From the NCBI GenBank assembly GCA_964035545.1, contig OZ037766.1, positions 868,001-932,000 on the forward strand: 64,000 nucleotides of DNA, read 5' to 3'. Below the pieces are notes generated by a model, which was given only the letters and a program-made list of their open reading frames with translations, did not search any database and was not told the DNA's origin. Shown piece after piece: positions 37,008 through 50,577 of the stretch; position 1 is the stretch's first letter, and the number at the start of each line of letters is the position of its first letter. The stretch is from Bugula neritina (Eukaryota > Animalia > Bryozoa). The translations under genes were made by a program, and so were the position numbers.

Positions 37008-38783
37008 CCATGGCAACCTCACTCGCTCAAACTTGCCATGTCTGCTGCATACTCTCAATCATAACACGACTACAGCTGTACTACCTAACCCTTACAGCTG
37101 GCCACTGTAGAGAGAGAGAGGACAATTACAAAGGCTTATTTGTTGGAGTTGTATTTATTACTGTGTAAGCACTGGGTGACTGATTTGATTTATTCTATAT
37201 ATTCTGACATTCTTGTAAAGAGTGAGTTTATGTTGCTATTTTTACATTGTCACGGTTGTGATTTTCATAATATATTTTCATCCGGGAGAAATTCTGCCTG
37301 GCCGTACAATTTTTCAACATATTTTCAGCTACATCCGTGGTGCTCAAATTTGTCAGGAAATATTTTAATGTTGGTGAATTTACTAATGATTGCTATTACA
37401 CACACTGTTATATACTTTTATATACTAATTATTCTTATATGTTATATGCACTACATATATTATGTACATACACTTGAATTTAGGTCACGAATTACCGGAA
37501 GATGTGTTGTGACCAGTTCTATATCGTAAATTTGTTAACCAAATAATGCTTCTACCCAAATTATCTTTTCATCTGTGAACTCTTTTCTATATTCAATGAT
37601 TTTAGAAAATAAATATTTTGTCGTTTATTCATTGTGATCTATATGTGACGAACCGACCACCGCCCGTCTTGTAAGTATCGATGTGAGTTCTCAGACTATA
37701 TAAATGTGTCAGCTGTTCCAGAGCCAGAGTAATCTTATGAGAAGCTTTTAGCCTGCTGAACAGTGAAATATGAGTCTGTTATTGACAATGCTGATAACTT
37801 GTGAATGACTTGACTTGCTGAAATTGGCAAAATATATTCAACTTTTGACTGGTTCCAAAATTCATGCAGCTGATATTTGGGACGGAGCCAACCTGTTGGA
37901 TGTTGATAGGACAACCCCTCTTGGTCAGTTTATCTTTGTCAGATGTCACCAGGAATTAATTTATGAAGAAGTTTTTGATTAAAAAATGATATGACCTTTA
38001 CAAGTGTCTTGTGGCTAAATTGAAGATTGAGTTGCACACTAGTCCCTTTTGTCAATGTTTTGTAATAAATTTATCTTTTTATAAGTTTGCTATTAATATT
38101 AATTTATATAGCAATTCTTGTTTAATTCCAAAACTATAATTGCATTTTTAAATTATTGAATAAGACTTTTCTACTTCATGCCAAATTTACAAACTTTGCA
38201 TTGACTAGAAATCATGACCTTAAACAGCTAAGAAATTCAAATAAAAGTCAGCAATAGTGAGTATTATAATACTAGAGCCAAAGGAAAAACCATCAGTATG
38301 AACACAAAACTTATTATGAACCAACATTTTTTTAATACGCAACTCTCAAACAGCCTGTAGGATATAAATAGCGATAAAAATGTAACTTCATGAATTTTTT
38401 AAAATTGAAAATACCTCGTGAAAAGTCTCAATTCCCCCCAGGTTGGAAACCACTGCTCTAACTGTAAGGATGGTTCATATATAATTTCGTACTGCGCAAA
38501 CGAAGTGTAAAGGCAAAGCTGTAAAGTTGTGTTCTCTTATAAATTGACCAACGACTTCGTTGGGTATTCCATATGGCCAATGAGATCATAGAACCGTCGG
38601 CGCGATCTTCAAATGTCAAAATACTTTTTTCAACAAGACCCTTGTCAATAGTTAAATAATCAAGATTTTAATTTGAAAGCCTACATAGTAGTAGCACCTC
38701 AACTGACAACACAATTTCTGCCTGTTTAGTTGTCTTTATTGCTTGCACATTCAAAGTTTATTTATTATTTTATAATTATCACA

Positions 38784-40928
38784 ATGGCCAGCAAAAATAT
38801 CTACTACTCCGATAAATATTACGATGACGAATATGAATATAGGTAAGAATGAAATTCTTATTCAAAAAACTCACAGTAACACTAACACTAACTCACTCTG
38901 ACAGTGACTCCGAGTCTTGCCTGATGGTAATAGTGATATTAATCCGTAATCCTCTAATGGTGATCCTATGCTTTTACAGTAAATTAGTATTACGGTTACT
39001 TAGCTCTACAGTTTTTATGATTTATCATGATCATCCACTCCGACTCAACATTCAACAGTGATTTGGTGATTGTAAATGATTACAAGTAAATCATCATCGT
39101 TGTGATATTGATAAAGATTGTTAACCTCCATGATGATGATTATGATGATAATCCTAATTATAATAGTTATGATGAAATTGGATGATCACATTTTCATTAA
39201 ATTTAATAAAAATGTGATCATCCAATTTCATCATAACTATTATAATTAGAATTATCATTAATGATACAGTGATAATCATTTTGATTATGTAAGTGATAAT
39301 CTAAATCATATTCAAAATCATAATGATTCGAGTAAGTAACCATTAATATTATGATTATAATTAATATGTATTATAAATTAATAATAATAGTATTTATTAT
39401 AATTTAAATTACTATTATATTTAAAATAAATATAATCATAGTGATTACTTTTTATTTTAATTATAATAAATATAGTAATGGTTATTATATTTCTATTTAT
39501 TGTGTTAATATTGATTAATTTTATACTCATATTCATAAGTCATGGAGAAGATCATAATGATATTTACAATATGAATAATCATAATGAGCCTTTAAAGTAA
39601 AGGCAGTCACTAAAGTCAGAATGAGAATCACAATTGTCTGATTGACAATGGTCAATGAGTTTAACACAACATGTGTATTACTATTAGTGTTAGCAACTAG
39701 TGAATTACTTATTCTTTCTCTCAGTTAGTCCTGCACTAGGTTATGTTGGTAATATCAAAATAAGTGTAACTATTAACTATACTGGAGCCCTATCTCTGGT
39801 ACTCTAATACTTATGCTAATACTGTTACTAATGATTACTACCATTACTAGTGATACTATTACTATGATTTTCAAGGATGAGACAGGTTTACATAATCGTA
39901 AAAGTGTAAGTTATTATCTAAAGGAGGGAGCTAATTTTAAAGCTCGGTACAAAGCTTGTTTGACAATTTGAGTTTATTTTTTGAAATTACATTTGTTCAT
40001 TATGCTAGATCTTAAATCAGACTTCATCATCATGTTATAAAGAAAGTATAATCAAGCAGAGATTTATTGGATTGACAGTTTATTCATGCCCGACTATTCA
40101 CACTTATTCACTCTTGTTTTTACAACTACAATTATTGTTTGTAATACCAAACTTAAACAATAAAACTTATAAAGTTAAACTGAATACATGGCACAGTCAC
40201 TCAGTATCAGTTGTAATGCATTAGCAGACAATTGGAAATATGATGAAGAGATACAAATATGTGTCATAGCTGATAACACAAATTGCTTAATTTATTAGCC
40301 ATCAATTAAGTAACACAAGGAAATCACAGCTTTTACAAATATAGTATTGAAGTTTTACATATACTTTTTATATTAAGCATAACTAATGTTAAATTGTGTA
40401 AAATAGTACTAAAACTTGATTTTTTTAAATCTGAATTATAAAGTTTCAAGTTTTTTTAAAGAAAACATGTATACAATAGTCAAAAATGAATGCTTAATGA
40501 CATTTATAGGAGTCTTAAACTCTGTGCTATCCATGAAGGACTAGTTTTAGAGACCCTTATAGTACTTTAAATATTATATGTGCTAAGTATGTTTTTGATT
40601 TTCTTTTCTTATAGACATGTAATCTTGCCAAAAGAAATTGCCAAATTAGTTCCTGACTCACATTTGATGTCAGAGGCCGAGTGGAGAGGAATTGGAGTAC
40701 AGCAGAGTGTAGGCTGGCAGCATTATTTGATGCATGGACCAGGTTATTTGCTATTCTGATTTCTAAGCTGCTCCTTCAATGTTTACATGACGAAACATCT
40801 CTTTAATTGTGTATTTTTATTGCTGCATTCTTATAAAGATAGTTGACAATGCGCTATTTTTTGTAGAAAAGCATATACTCTGCTTCAAGCGAAAGAAAAC
40901 CACGCCTCTTCAGATTCAAAACAAATGA
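38784..40928 (+). CDS. CKS1: Cyclin-dependent kinases regulatory subunit (CKS1/CKS2/suc1)
   Basis: Exons 38784-38842, 40615-40742, 40867-40928: [82 protein letters not shown]. Confidence 0.96.
39145..39258. repeat. 114-bp near-perfect palindrome in CKS intron 1
   Basis: 57-nt arms centred at 39201/39202, no spacer, two mismatched pairs. Confidence 0.93.
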
Positions 40929-41441
40929 TAGCATATATTCTGACTCTTCCAGGGCTACTATCACTACTCTATGGCATTCAATGCCTCTAACTGGTCCTTC
41001 CTAAGACCGGCTGTAAATATGGACATTAGACATGTGTAAATTTACTGACTGGTGTAATGCATGGTAGCAAATATTTTCATACTTTGTTTTCTGTATCATA
41101 ATGATGGCAGCCTTATTTTAATGATTGCTCTGTATGTTATATAGTTTTCGTATTAGTATTAGCAACAAATATATCATGTTAATGAAATCTTCTCTAATTT
41201 CCTTTTCCTTCTATGTTTGTATTGGCTACCACTGATCAATATATAATCACAATAATTTTACATCAAATAATTAAATTTGAATAACTGAGAAAATTCTAGC
41301 AAATAGTCACTGAGCAACATAAAACTGAAACAAACATCAGTAAATTTCAGCTGATCTATTTATAACCAAACTGACACCGTATATAATAAATAAGATAAAA
41401 AGTAAAAGTTAATGAGTGGAAGTGATAAAGTCCCTGATAGC

Positions 41442-44400
41442 CTATCTGTGAAAACTCTGTTTCTTCTTGATTGACATTTTCTTGGTGCTGAGTTTTGATT
41501 TAGGAGAGTATGTAGCACTACTATAAATGCCGCTGTATGTACCGCTGTCATCCGATACTTTATCCACCTCGTCATCCAGTACGCCAGCCTTTACCGACAT
41601 TATTGCAGTCAGCTTTTTCTTTCTAAAAGCAAAAAATAGTTGTTATACATTGCAAAATTTTAACCACTTAATGTTAGGGCTTTTAGAAATATGGTTTATT
41701 ACTAAAAATTTACTAACTATGTAGTGCAGATTGTCCTTAATTCCAGTTTTGCTTCCCTAAGAATATTAATACATATATTGTATCAGATTTATTTGTGGGT
41801 TATTTAATGGTGTTCCCACACCTATTCAATGTTTTAGATTAAGTGGTTGAAGGGTCATATAATGCCTGATTGTGTATAAAAGGGTGTCTCAAGTTGATTA
41901 ATAGCCTCAAGATTCAAGATCATGAAATACATTACTTTGAGTCACAAAACACCTGGTAACTCTATCAAAAATAATGTCATTATAAAAACAATTCAATAAA
42001 TGTAAATTTATAGTCTAGATTTTATTAAATGACATTTTTGCTGCTTAGGAACAAAATGTGAAGGTCACATATGTAGGGTTTAGCACATGCACTAAGGGTA
42101 TGCAGGGAGGGGGGGGGGCATTGAATGAAATATGCAGCATATGCATTCCATAAACAGCTTACAAATACCATACCATGAAGTTTTTGGTTAGTTGGTGCAC
42201 AATACACACTGGATAACTATTGCAAGTACTACCGATTTGATCCAGTTATTGCACTACCCGCGCTAATTGCCCCATTAGTGGCGATTAGTGATGACAAACT
42301 TCCAGCCTTCCTGATGGCAAATCCAGTGTCCACAGACGGGCTTCTACAAAAAATTCTATGAATATACATCCTAATCTAAACACAGGAAAAAGTAATCTAA
42401 AATGAGTAAAAGTTACATACAAATGCTAAAACCATTGATACTACTTTAATGTGTCGTACCAACATTGATGATGATCGGCACAAACCTGTTGCACGTCTCC
42501 GAGACGTTAGAAGAGCGTCTCATATAGTAAGGAGAGACTGAGGTGTGCGGGGATTGGTCTCTCTGACGACCTTTGGCACCAGCCGGAGAAGAGTTTCTCT
42601 TAGAGAACAGTTTAGCTGGTGATGTAATAGACAGCTTCCTGTCACGATTTTGAGGACTCGCTCTCTTAGTATACGCCGGCTTTTCTTTCACAACTCTTCA
42701 AACAGATATAAGTTAGCTTTGGTGTTGGACTGTGAGCATGAATTAGCAAAGTATTTTTTTAAATTTCACATTCCAGCAAGTTGCCAGCTTGCTGCAAGAC
42801 TGAAGCATATCATTACATTAAAACACAATAAACACTTGATTACTCATGAGATGATTATCACTATGGTCTGGCAAACTGAAGAACAGTAAACTTTTCGAAT
42901 GATTAAAAAAGGCAAAACACTACTTCCAACAAAATTATAATAAATTAGCAAGCATCAATAATATTTTCTCAACTCTACGTGTACAAAGAGTGTCAATGTA
43001 AACGCTTGTAGAACTAACGTTTAGCAAGAATTTCTATTATAATATGATAAAAAATGATGTTTTAAGGCAAGAAATTGAGTTTATAGGTTTGTAAGATTAT
43101 ACAAAAAGTCTTACCTCAAAACATAGAAGCTGCAAATGTTGCGCAGAAGACGGATTGAGTGTTTACCGGTTGTTTATAAGCACAATGACGCAAGAGAACG
43201 TGTTAGGCAGTTATTGTAATGAAGCGGGAATATCAAGCAGGGAGTTTCCCGACCATACACGAAGTGTTAAAAGCGATATTCCCATGTCAATCTCTTACAA
43301 ACTACAATCTACACTTTTAATAAACAATAATATTATGGTGTAGAATACAATACATATATTTAGAACTTTACAAAAAATAATTCAGTGTTGTAAACAGACT
43401 TGAAACATTACACTATATAGTAATTCTAGAAAATGCATGCAAAAGGAAACTGAGCAAAAAACAAAGACTGATATACATTTGACATACAATTTGACCCAGT
43501 AGCCTGTAACTGTGGGTGCGTATTTACAGAAACATTAACTAAAAAGCTGATTGGTTCTTATGTAACTGAACACCACAGCCAATACCAGTACCACCGTTTC
43601 TAGCCATGCAGACACTAATGTATGATTGACACATGACAAGATAGAGAGCACCTGTGTGTGTATGCCAATAAGATGCAGCTAGAGCACCAGTGACACCAGT
43701 CAAAAAGTTATAAGTAGTAGCACCATATGAGTCACCGTGTGAGTGAGCCTACACTGGATGAGTAATGGGGAGCACCTGTCACGAGTGTCAACAATAACTA
43801 CCTTCTCTTGTCAATGAACTCTGCAAGCAGACTTTTATACAGATCTGACTTGAGAAAGCGCGGGTAGCAGTCAGTTTTCATGAGGGTGTAGATATGTTGC
43901 TGAGCTTTGTCCATGCAGTATCTGGAAGGAGTCTTCATCTCTTCCAACGTCTGCTGTAAAACCAGCCGGTCCAAGTTGACCTCATATTTAGAGCTCGACT
44001 GAAGGTGATCCCTGAAACAAGAATACTGCTATATTCTAGAATGCTCTAGAAGATCATCTGACACTGCAACAACGGCTATAAACAACAAAACTAAAAAGAT
44101 ATAAAATAGCTGAAATCAATATATCCACATTAATTTTCATGCTACAGACCAAAGTGCTTGTTAAGCATATTATGCCTATTTAACTTATTTATCAATTACA
44201 ATTCACTCAGACTTCAAGGAGAGTATTTTCACCTTTTGATCTTTTCAATTTTGTCTTGTATTTTAGACTGAGGACTTCGCTTCAGATCGTCACAGGCATC
44301 CCAAAAGTGCAAGTTCTCAAGGCTATACTCTTGGTTGAGGAAGGTAGCAAACAGTTGCTTCCCATAAGGATCAGATAGAAGTTCCCTGAAACCCAGCCTC

Positions 44401-47400
44401 CAACTTTCCAGCTCCAGTTTGGTGTGTCCTTTATCTTCCCTATGAATATAGAGAGCACAACTCTGAAATTAAAAACATGACTTCAAAATGGATAGGAGTA
44501 GAATTTCATGAGCTATAGTGAATCACCAAGACCTCTACTCTGCCCATTGACATCTACCACAGAAGACTTACAAATCTATAAGGTCCTCATAAAAGTACTC
44601 GTCTATTGCAATCCATGGATTTGTCATCTCCTGCTTTGTAATGATTGGGTCGTGCTGCGCATAGTTTACACAATGATTCATGAGTCTAAAAATAGAACAG
44701 TTGTATTGAGTGGTACTTGATATCCAGTACGTCCATAAACTAGACAATCTGAGTCACTCTAGGATCCTACTGACTGATACTAATTGACAAAGTTGTTTAC
44801 TCTTACAATGGAAAAGACAGCAACAAACTTACATAGTGATGGCCTTTTCACCCGCAAACTCTGAGTGTGACTTTGCTTTATCCAAGTATACATTAAGAAA
44901 CTTTATCTACAAAACACAGCAGAATAACTATTAGGTCTTTTAAACTACTATAATGAAAGGTGATAAATTATACAGTGCAAACACGGCATCTGCGTGGTAC
45001 AAGCGCTGTAATTCACCATACTAGGTGAAGATGGGGTACAGGTTTAAGGGTGTGTAATCATTATATAATTATCAACTATTACATGACTTCTAGGCCATGT
45101 TACACTATTATATGCTTCAACTAGTTGACAATATGTAGACATTATTTACTCACTAAATCCAAACTGAACAAGTCAAGTTAAGTTTTCCAAGTGATTTACT
45201 TGAAACAAAAGCGATACTATTAATAGAATACCAGTCTGATTTTAAAACAAGAGAAATGAAGTCGCTGGAACAGCTACATTGAAATTAATTTGGTAAAATT
45301 ATATAACCAGCTTAGAAAAAACCAGTTCACTCTGTAAAATTGTTCACAAAAATATAAAAACAGGTAAAACTACATTATCGGGAGTGATGGATAACGTCTC
45401 TAAGGAATTAGCTTGTATGATGTTGGAAACCAAGGCTATAAAATAGCCAAAAGGTTTTGGATAGTATTTGGAGTTGCCCCACAAATTTACAACTTATAAT
45501 ATTGAGAGCATGCAAATTTTAATAAAAATAAAATATCAATAACTCATTTTATTTTAAGTAGAGTTTAAATTCAATGATGTCTAGAAACGCATGTACCAAC
45601 CTTCTTCTCAATGATCTCTCTCTTCCTGCTTAGGTTTATCACTTCCATACAAACAGAGTTCCTAGAGAATATATCGTTCCTGGGGTGGGGCTTGTGGGAA
45701 GGCTAGATATAAGACACACCCTCAATAAATACAAATATAAATACTCCGCAGATAGCATTAGTTTTACTTTCAACATGTTACTGTACTTACGGGTGGTCTC
45801 TGCACCTTCCAGAAGCACCTGTCTTGACTATCCTCAATATCCCGGTCTACCTTGCACCCCCGGCTGTATTTACTGCAACAAATTCCAACCTCTCACTTGT
45901 ACATCTCTAAGTATCAGTATATACTGTGACTCAAAGTGTCAGCATATATTGTGACTCAAAGTATCAGTATATCTTGTGACTCAAAGTATCAGTATATACT
46001 GTGACTCAAAGTGTCAGTATATGTTATGACTCAAAGTATCAGTATATACTGTGACTCAAAGTGTCAGTATATGTTATGACTCAAAGTATCAGTATATACT
46101 GTGACTCAAAGTGTCAGTATATACTGTGACTCAAAGTGTCAGTATATACTGTGACTCAAAGTGTCAGTATATACTGTGACTCAAAGTGTCAGTATATACT
46201 GTGACTCAAAGTGTCAGTATATACTGTGACTCAAAGTGTCAGCCACAAGTCAACACGGATGATACACAGCTGCCTACCTGAGTGATTCCTTAGCCGCTGC
46301 CTTCAGATTAGCCCAGACTGAGGTGTGCACCTGTTCCAGCTTGGTCAGCGCTGCCTAAAGAGAAGAGAACGTATGACTGTGACAAGATATGTGAGAGTAT
46401 AAACAGGCTCCGGGAGAGTTGGGTGTAGTATGAAGGAAGACATGCGCAGAGTAGAGTGCAGAGTAGAGTGCAGAGTAGAGTACAGAGTAGAGTGTAGAGT
46501 AGAGCGTGGGTTCATCTAACCATCATATATTATGCTGGCAGGTGACGAATAAGCTCATGTTATACTCAATCGTCAACTCTGTTTGCATGAAATGGGACAA
46601 ACGGCAAGTTTTAGTGTCACACAGTCACAGCACACATGTGACCTCTACTCACAAACCTCTTACCAGTCACACTGCATGACTTAGACTCAAGTAATGCTTT
46701 CAGCAGAGAGAGATTTCGGGTGGTGACGACCCACTGCTCGATACAGGATCACGTGACCAGTGAGATAGGTCATGTGACCAGTGAACTAGGTCACGTGACC
46801 AGTGATATAGGTCATGTGACCGGTCTATTTGACAGCAGCTGGAGTAGTGAAGCTGATATTTCCAAGAATGACAGAAGAATATGGGGAAGTGAGGGACATA
46901 TAAGTACAGTGTACTCTCAGCAACTGGTTAGATTCTAAAGTAGGTCTGTGGTGGAAGATATCTGGTGTCTCACCTGTTCGTAGTGTTCCAGAGACCTGCC
47001 TTTCTCTAGCTTCTTCAACAGATATACAGCTGCAAGGTGAATCAGAGTTAGAGAAAATGTGTTATATACCACAAGGTGCTTATAGTAATTAGTAACTATT
47101 GACTAGTTACTAAAGACTAGTGACTATTTACTACAGACTATTGACTAGTAACTGATATGAAGTAGTATGGATACACAGAAAGAGAAATACTTTACAGTGA
47201 CTGATATATACACATATATCTCTGAATGTAACAGTACCAGCACATAGCTAAGTGTATTCACATAGGAAATATGTGCTGGGGGATGAATAGACAGTGACAA
47301 CATTATTCTGAGGTCAAAGAGAGGTCAAGAGAAAGCTCACTGAGTCATAAGACCACCCACTTAGCTAACTATGCAGAGATTTGTGAGCTGAAAATTACTG

Positions 47401-50400
47401 TTAGAAGCAACATATTAGTTCTAGTAGCGCAACTTTAAAAGTTTAGCGTGAAGAATTTGACAATTCGAGTTAATATTATCTAGAGAAGTACTAAATAAGA
47501 CTATACAGCCGTGCACAACTCCCACAAGTGACTATTAAACTAGCAAAATATACTAACCGTACTCCTGACTGGTGCTGTCCCATTTCCTACTGGGCCACAA
47601 CGCAGGTCTCTAAAATACAGTAATACAGTGGAGTACACAAGAAGTGATGTACACTAGTGACAGCGTAGGTTAGGGGACTTACCCATGAGGCTAGGATGGT
47701 TGTTTCAGGGTGGATTCATATTCATCGAGACTAATTATCATTTATTGGGAGTTAAAGTATGTTTAAATTATCACTATAATGGAAGGATCACGCAGGAATA
47801 ACAGTAATTACCAAGTAATATATTCTTTTGATACCTATCTGGAGAGATAGTATACAGAGGGGGCGTGTCTAAAGAACGCCCAAATTAATACATATATCAG
47901 TCCATAAGTGATGCTATTTCAGTCAGAACTTGAAATGAAATTCAAATGTATTTCTAATTTCTTTATTTATAAACACAACTCCATCCTGTTAACTGGATAA
48001 TATCAGCTGATCCGGGCAGCATGACAAACTCAAATACAAATATCAGCAGAAATGAAAGGGGAAAATCCAACTTTAAGACAAAACAGTTCATTACAAGCAA
48101 AAAAGGATATGAAGAAATTATATATGCTAATGTTAATAAGTCATAAGCTAATGCAAGATGAGTGCTCAAAGTGATGGAAGACTGTGATAAGAGCATTTCA
48201 CTGTCTCCAAACGAGAGAACAACTACGAATAAACTTAGTAAAAAACTCACGAACTTTAATTTTATTCACAACAGTCATGAAAATTGTATGCCATCAAAAT
48301 TAAAGTGGAAGTTGAATGGAGAAAGTGGAGTTTAGAGTGTGTAGTATAATAGTGACTGAAGTAGATACTATTAATAGAAACTGTCTTTGTGCTTCTATCA
48401 GCTAATCGTATGAGAAGTTCAAGTGGCAAAGGTGAGAGAGATTTGCTTAGAGTGAGTCTATCAGTTAAACTCACAGTCTCTCAGTTACAACTCACAGTTA
48501 ACCTTCATAGTCACTCAAGCTGAGACATGTTGAGAGAATAACTGTGGTATACATGCAGCTCCAGACTCAATCACAAACTGAATGCAGAAGTACAGCATAT
48601 CTGGTGAAATCATAGCAAGCTACACGGTGCATACTTTGCAGTAAAGTAGACTCAGGGGGGACAACACACTCACTACAGTATCACATAATACAATATATAT
48701 CACTCCTTACCAGTCTAGTTCTTTCTTAACCTCTAATAGACATAATCACAGCTAAATAAACACATGGTGGTATATATAATCCATATTAACCTGCATTAAT
48801 CCACAAGATTAACATAAACTAGGCAAGCATATCTTGCTAATAGACCAGCATTAGACAGATGGAATGGAATTCACTTAGTTACACAATGACCTGCATGATT
48901 AGGAAACCACTTGTTCCAATAAATCAATTAGAACAGCTCACCCATACTTATCAACCAGTGTCAGTGACATAAATCATGTCAGTGACACGCCACAACAAGT
49001 GCTACAGAAGTATACTGTACACTCACTTGTTATTCTGTAACACGAGCTGTCCAGTTTCACAGTGTGTTGTCTTTCATTTACTGGGACGATAAATCCCAGC
49101 CTACAGAGGGCGTTAGCTAAGTGCAGGGCCTCAGTCTCAGAAGGGGTTAGCAGTTTCACTCTCAACCAGTTCACTAATTCCTTGCCTGCGTAATAACATA
49201 GTATATACGATATATGACATAGTATACAGTATAATAACATACTAGATAATACAGTATAATAACATAGTATATGATATGATATTATAACATAGTATATGAT
49301 ACTGTATATAAACATGGTATGATATAGTATGACATATATATGATATAGTAATAAATGACACAATGACAAGGATACTAACGTAATGTGACATACTAACACC
49401 ATATACATATAGCTGGATATTCTAAGAACTGTATCATATACAGACAGATATCACAGGATGAGTAACCCATGACCTGTATATACTATACACTATTACCAGT
49501 ATATATTATACGCTATTATTTGCATACATGTAGTTATGGTGAAACAACCTCCAGACTGCATTCTTTCTCTCCTTCAGAAGATAAGAGCTGAAACCACACT
49601 AAGATCCAGCTAGTCACATGACCACATAGGATACACTCTCTTACTGTATACAACTCAAGACTAACCTTGCCACACTCAAATCTATCAGATTCTAACAAGT
49701 TTCAAGCTGCAGGAAGAGTACAGTTTGATTAGTAGGACACAGTAACTCTTTTCCATCTACTAACTAGCAGTCACTTTCCTAACAGTCTTGAAGTAGCTGT
49801 GCACAAGTCACACTTGAGACGTGAGGACAAGTCACACTTGAGACGTGAGGACAAGTCACACTTGAGACATGGGGACAAGTCAGTTCAACTCAAGCATCAG
49901 ACATGACAAGGAGGTCTACATGACAACGAGGTCTATGCTGGTACTTGGGGTACTTCAAAGAATAACAGACTATTTCGCAACTCAACTCATTACATAGAAA
50001 CACAACCTCAGCGAAAGTATATATTTACCTGTACGTACACTGACTTACCTGTATATACACTGAATATAGGATGCACTTACCTGTACATGCACTCGGTGTA
50101 GAGCTGAAAAAAGTCTTCTGTAACTTCATTTCCAGACCACTTTTAGCCTGTCTCATTTCCCAAACAAGTTTATCTAACTGCATAATATACAGTATATACA
50201 GTATACCACTACATAACATACAGTATACCACTATATAACACACAGTATATATAGTATACCACTATATAACACACAGTATATATAGTATACCACTACATAA
50301 CATACAGTATACCACTATATAACACACAGTATATACAGTATACCACTATATAACATACAGTATGTACAGTATATCACTACGTAACATAGAGTATATATAG

Positions 50401-50577
50401 TATACCACTACATAACATAGAGTATATATAGTATACCACTACATAACATACAGTATATACAGTATACCACTACATAACATGGTATATGACTAGATGGTAA
50501 ATATGACTTACTCTGTAGAAGACCGTCTCTCTCACGACGTTATGTTGGCCTGAGTCACCCGTACTTACGGAAGACAT
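41442..50577 (-). CDS. R7-family regulator of G-protein signalling (RGS6/7/9/11, EGL-10/EAT-16-like; DEP-DHEX-GGL-RGS plus basic Ser-rich tail)
   Basis: Exons 50577-50512, 50177-50081, 49185-49027, 47609-47558, 47029-46974, 46354-46278, 45872-45791, 45702-45601, 44906-44833, 44685-44572, 44439-44233, 44011-43802, (43129-43115), 42695-42486, 41622-41442. DEP GKELVNWL..EALHLANALCRLGFI; DHEX DSQDRCFWKVQRP; GGL HDPII..NPW; RGS LLSDPYGKQLFATFLNQEYSLENLHFW, EVNLD, AQQHIYTLMKTDCYPRFLKSDLY. One phase conflict at 49027/47609 (see findings). Confidence 0.9.
43115..43129 (-). CDS. Candidate 15-nt microexon of the RGS gene (adds 5 aa, junction reads SFYVLR)
   Basis: TTTGCAG|CTTCTATGTTTTGAG|GTAAGA; frame-preserving, phase 2/2, stop-free in the RGS frame. 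Confidence 0.5.
45912..46242. repeat. 25-nt minisatellite, about 13 copies
   Basis: AGTATATACTGTGACTCAAAGTGTC units, most carrying TGACTCA. Confidence 0.96.
46748..46822. repeat. 21-nt repeat, about 3.5 copies, with palindromic GGTCAYGTGACC cores
   Basis: TCACGTGACC, GGTCATGTGACC, GGTCACGTGACC, GGTCATGTGACC at 21-nt spacing. Confidence 0.85.
47311..47327 (+). promoter_or_regulatory. Perfect DR5 nuclear-receptor element (RARE consensus)
   Basis: AGGTCA-AAGAG-AGGTCA; AP-1 site TGAGTCA at 47341. Confidence 0.45.
49803..49881. repeat. 24-nt tandem repeat, about 3 copies
   Basis: ACAAGTCACACTTGAGACGTGAGG. Confidence 0.85.
50184..50481. repeat. 22/31-nt compound minisatellite filling an RGS intron
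   Basis: AGTATACCACTACATAACATAC(AGTATATAC) units; related degenerate array at 49192-49350. Confidence 0.9.
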
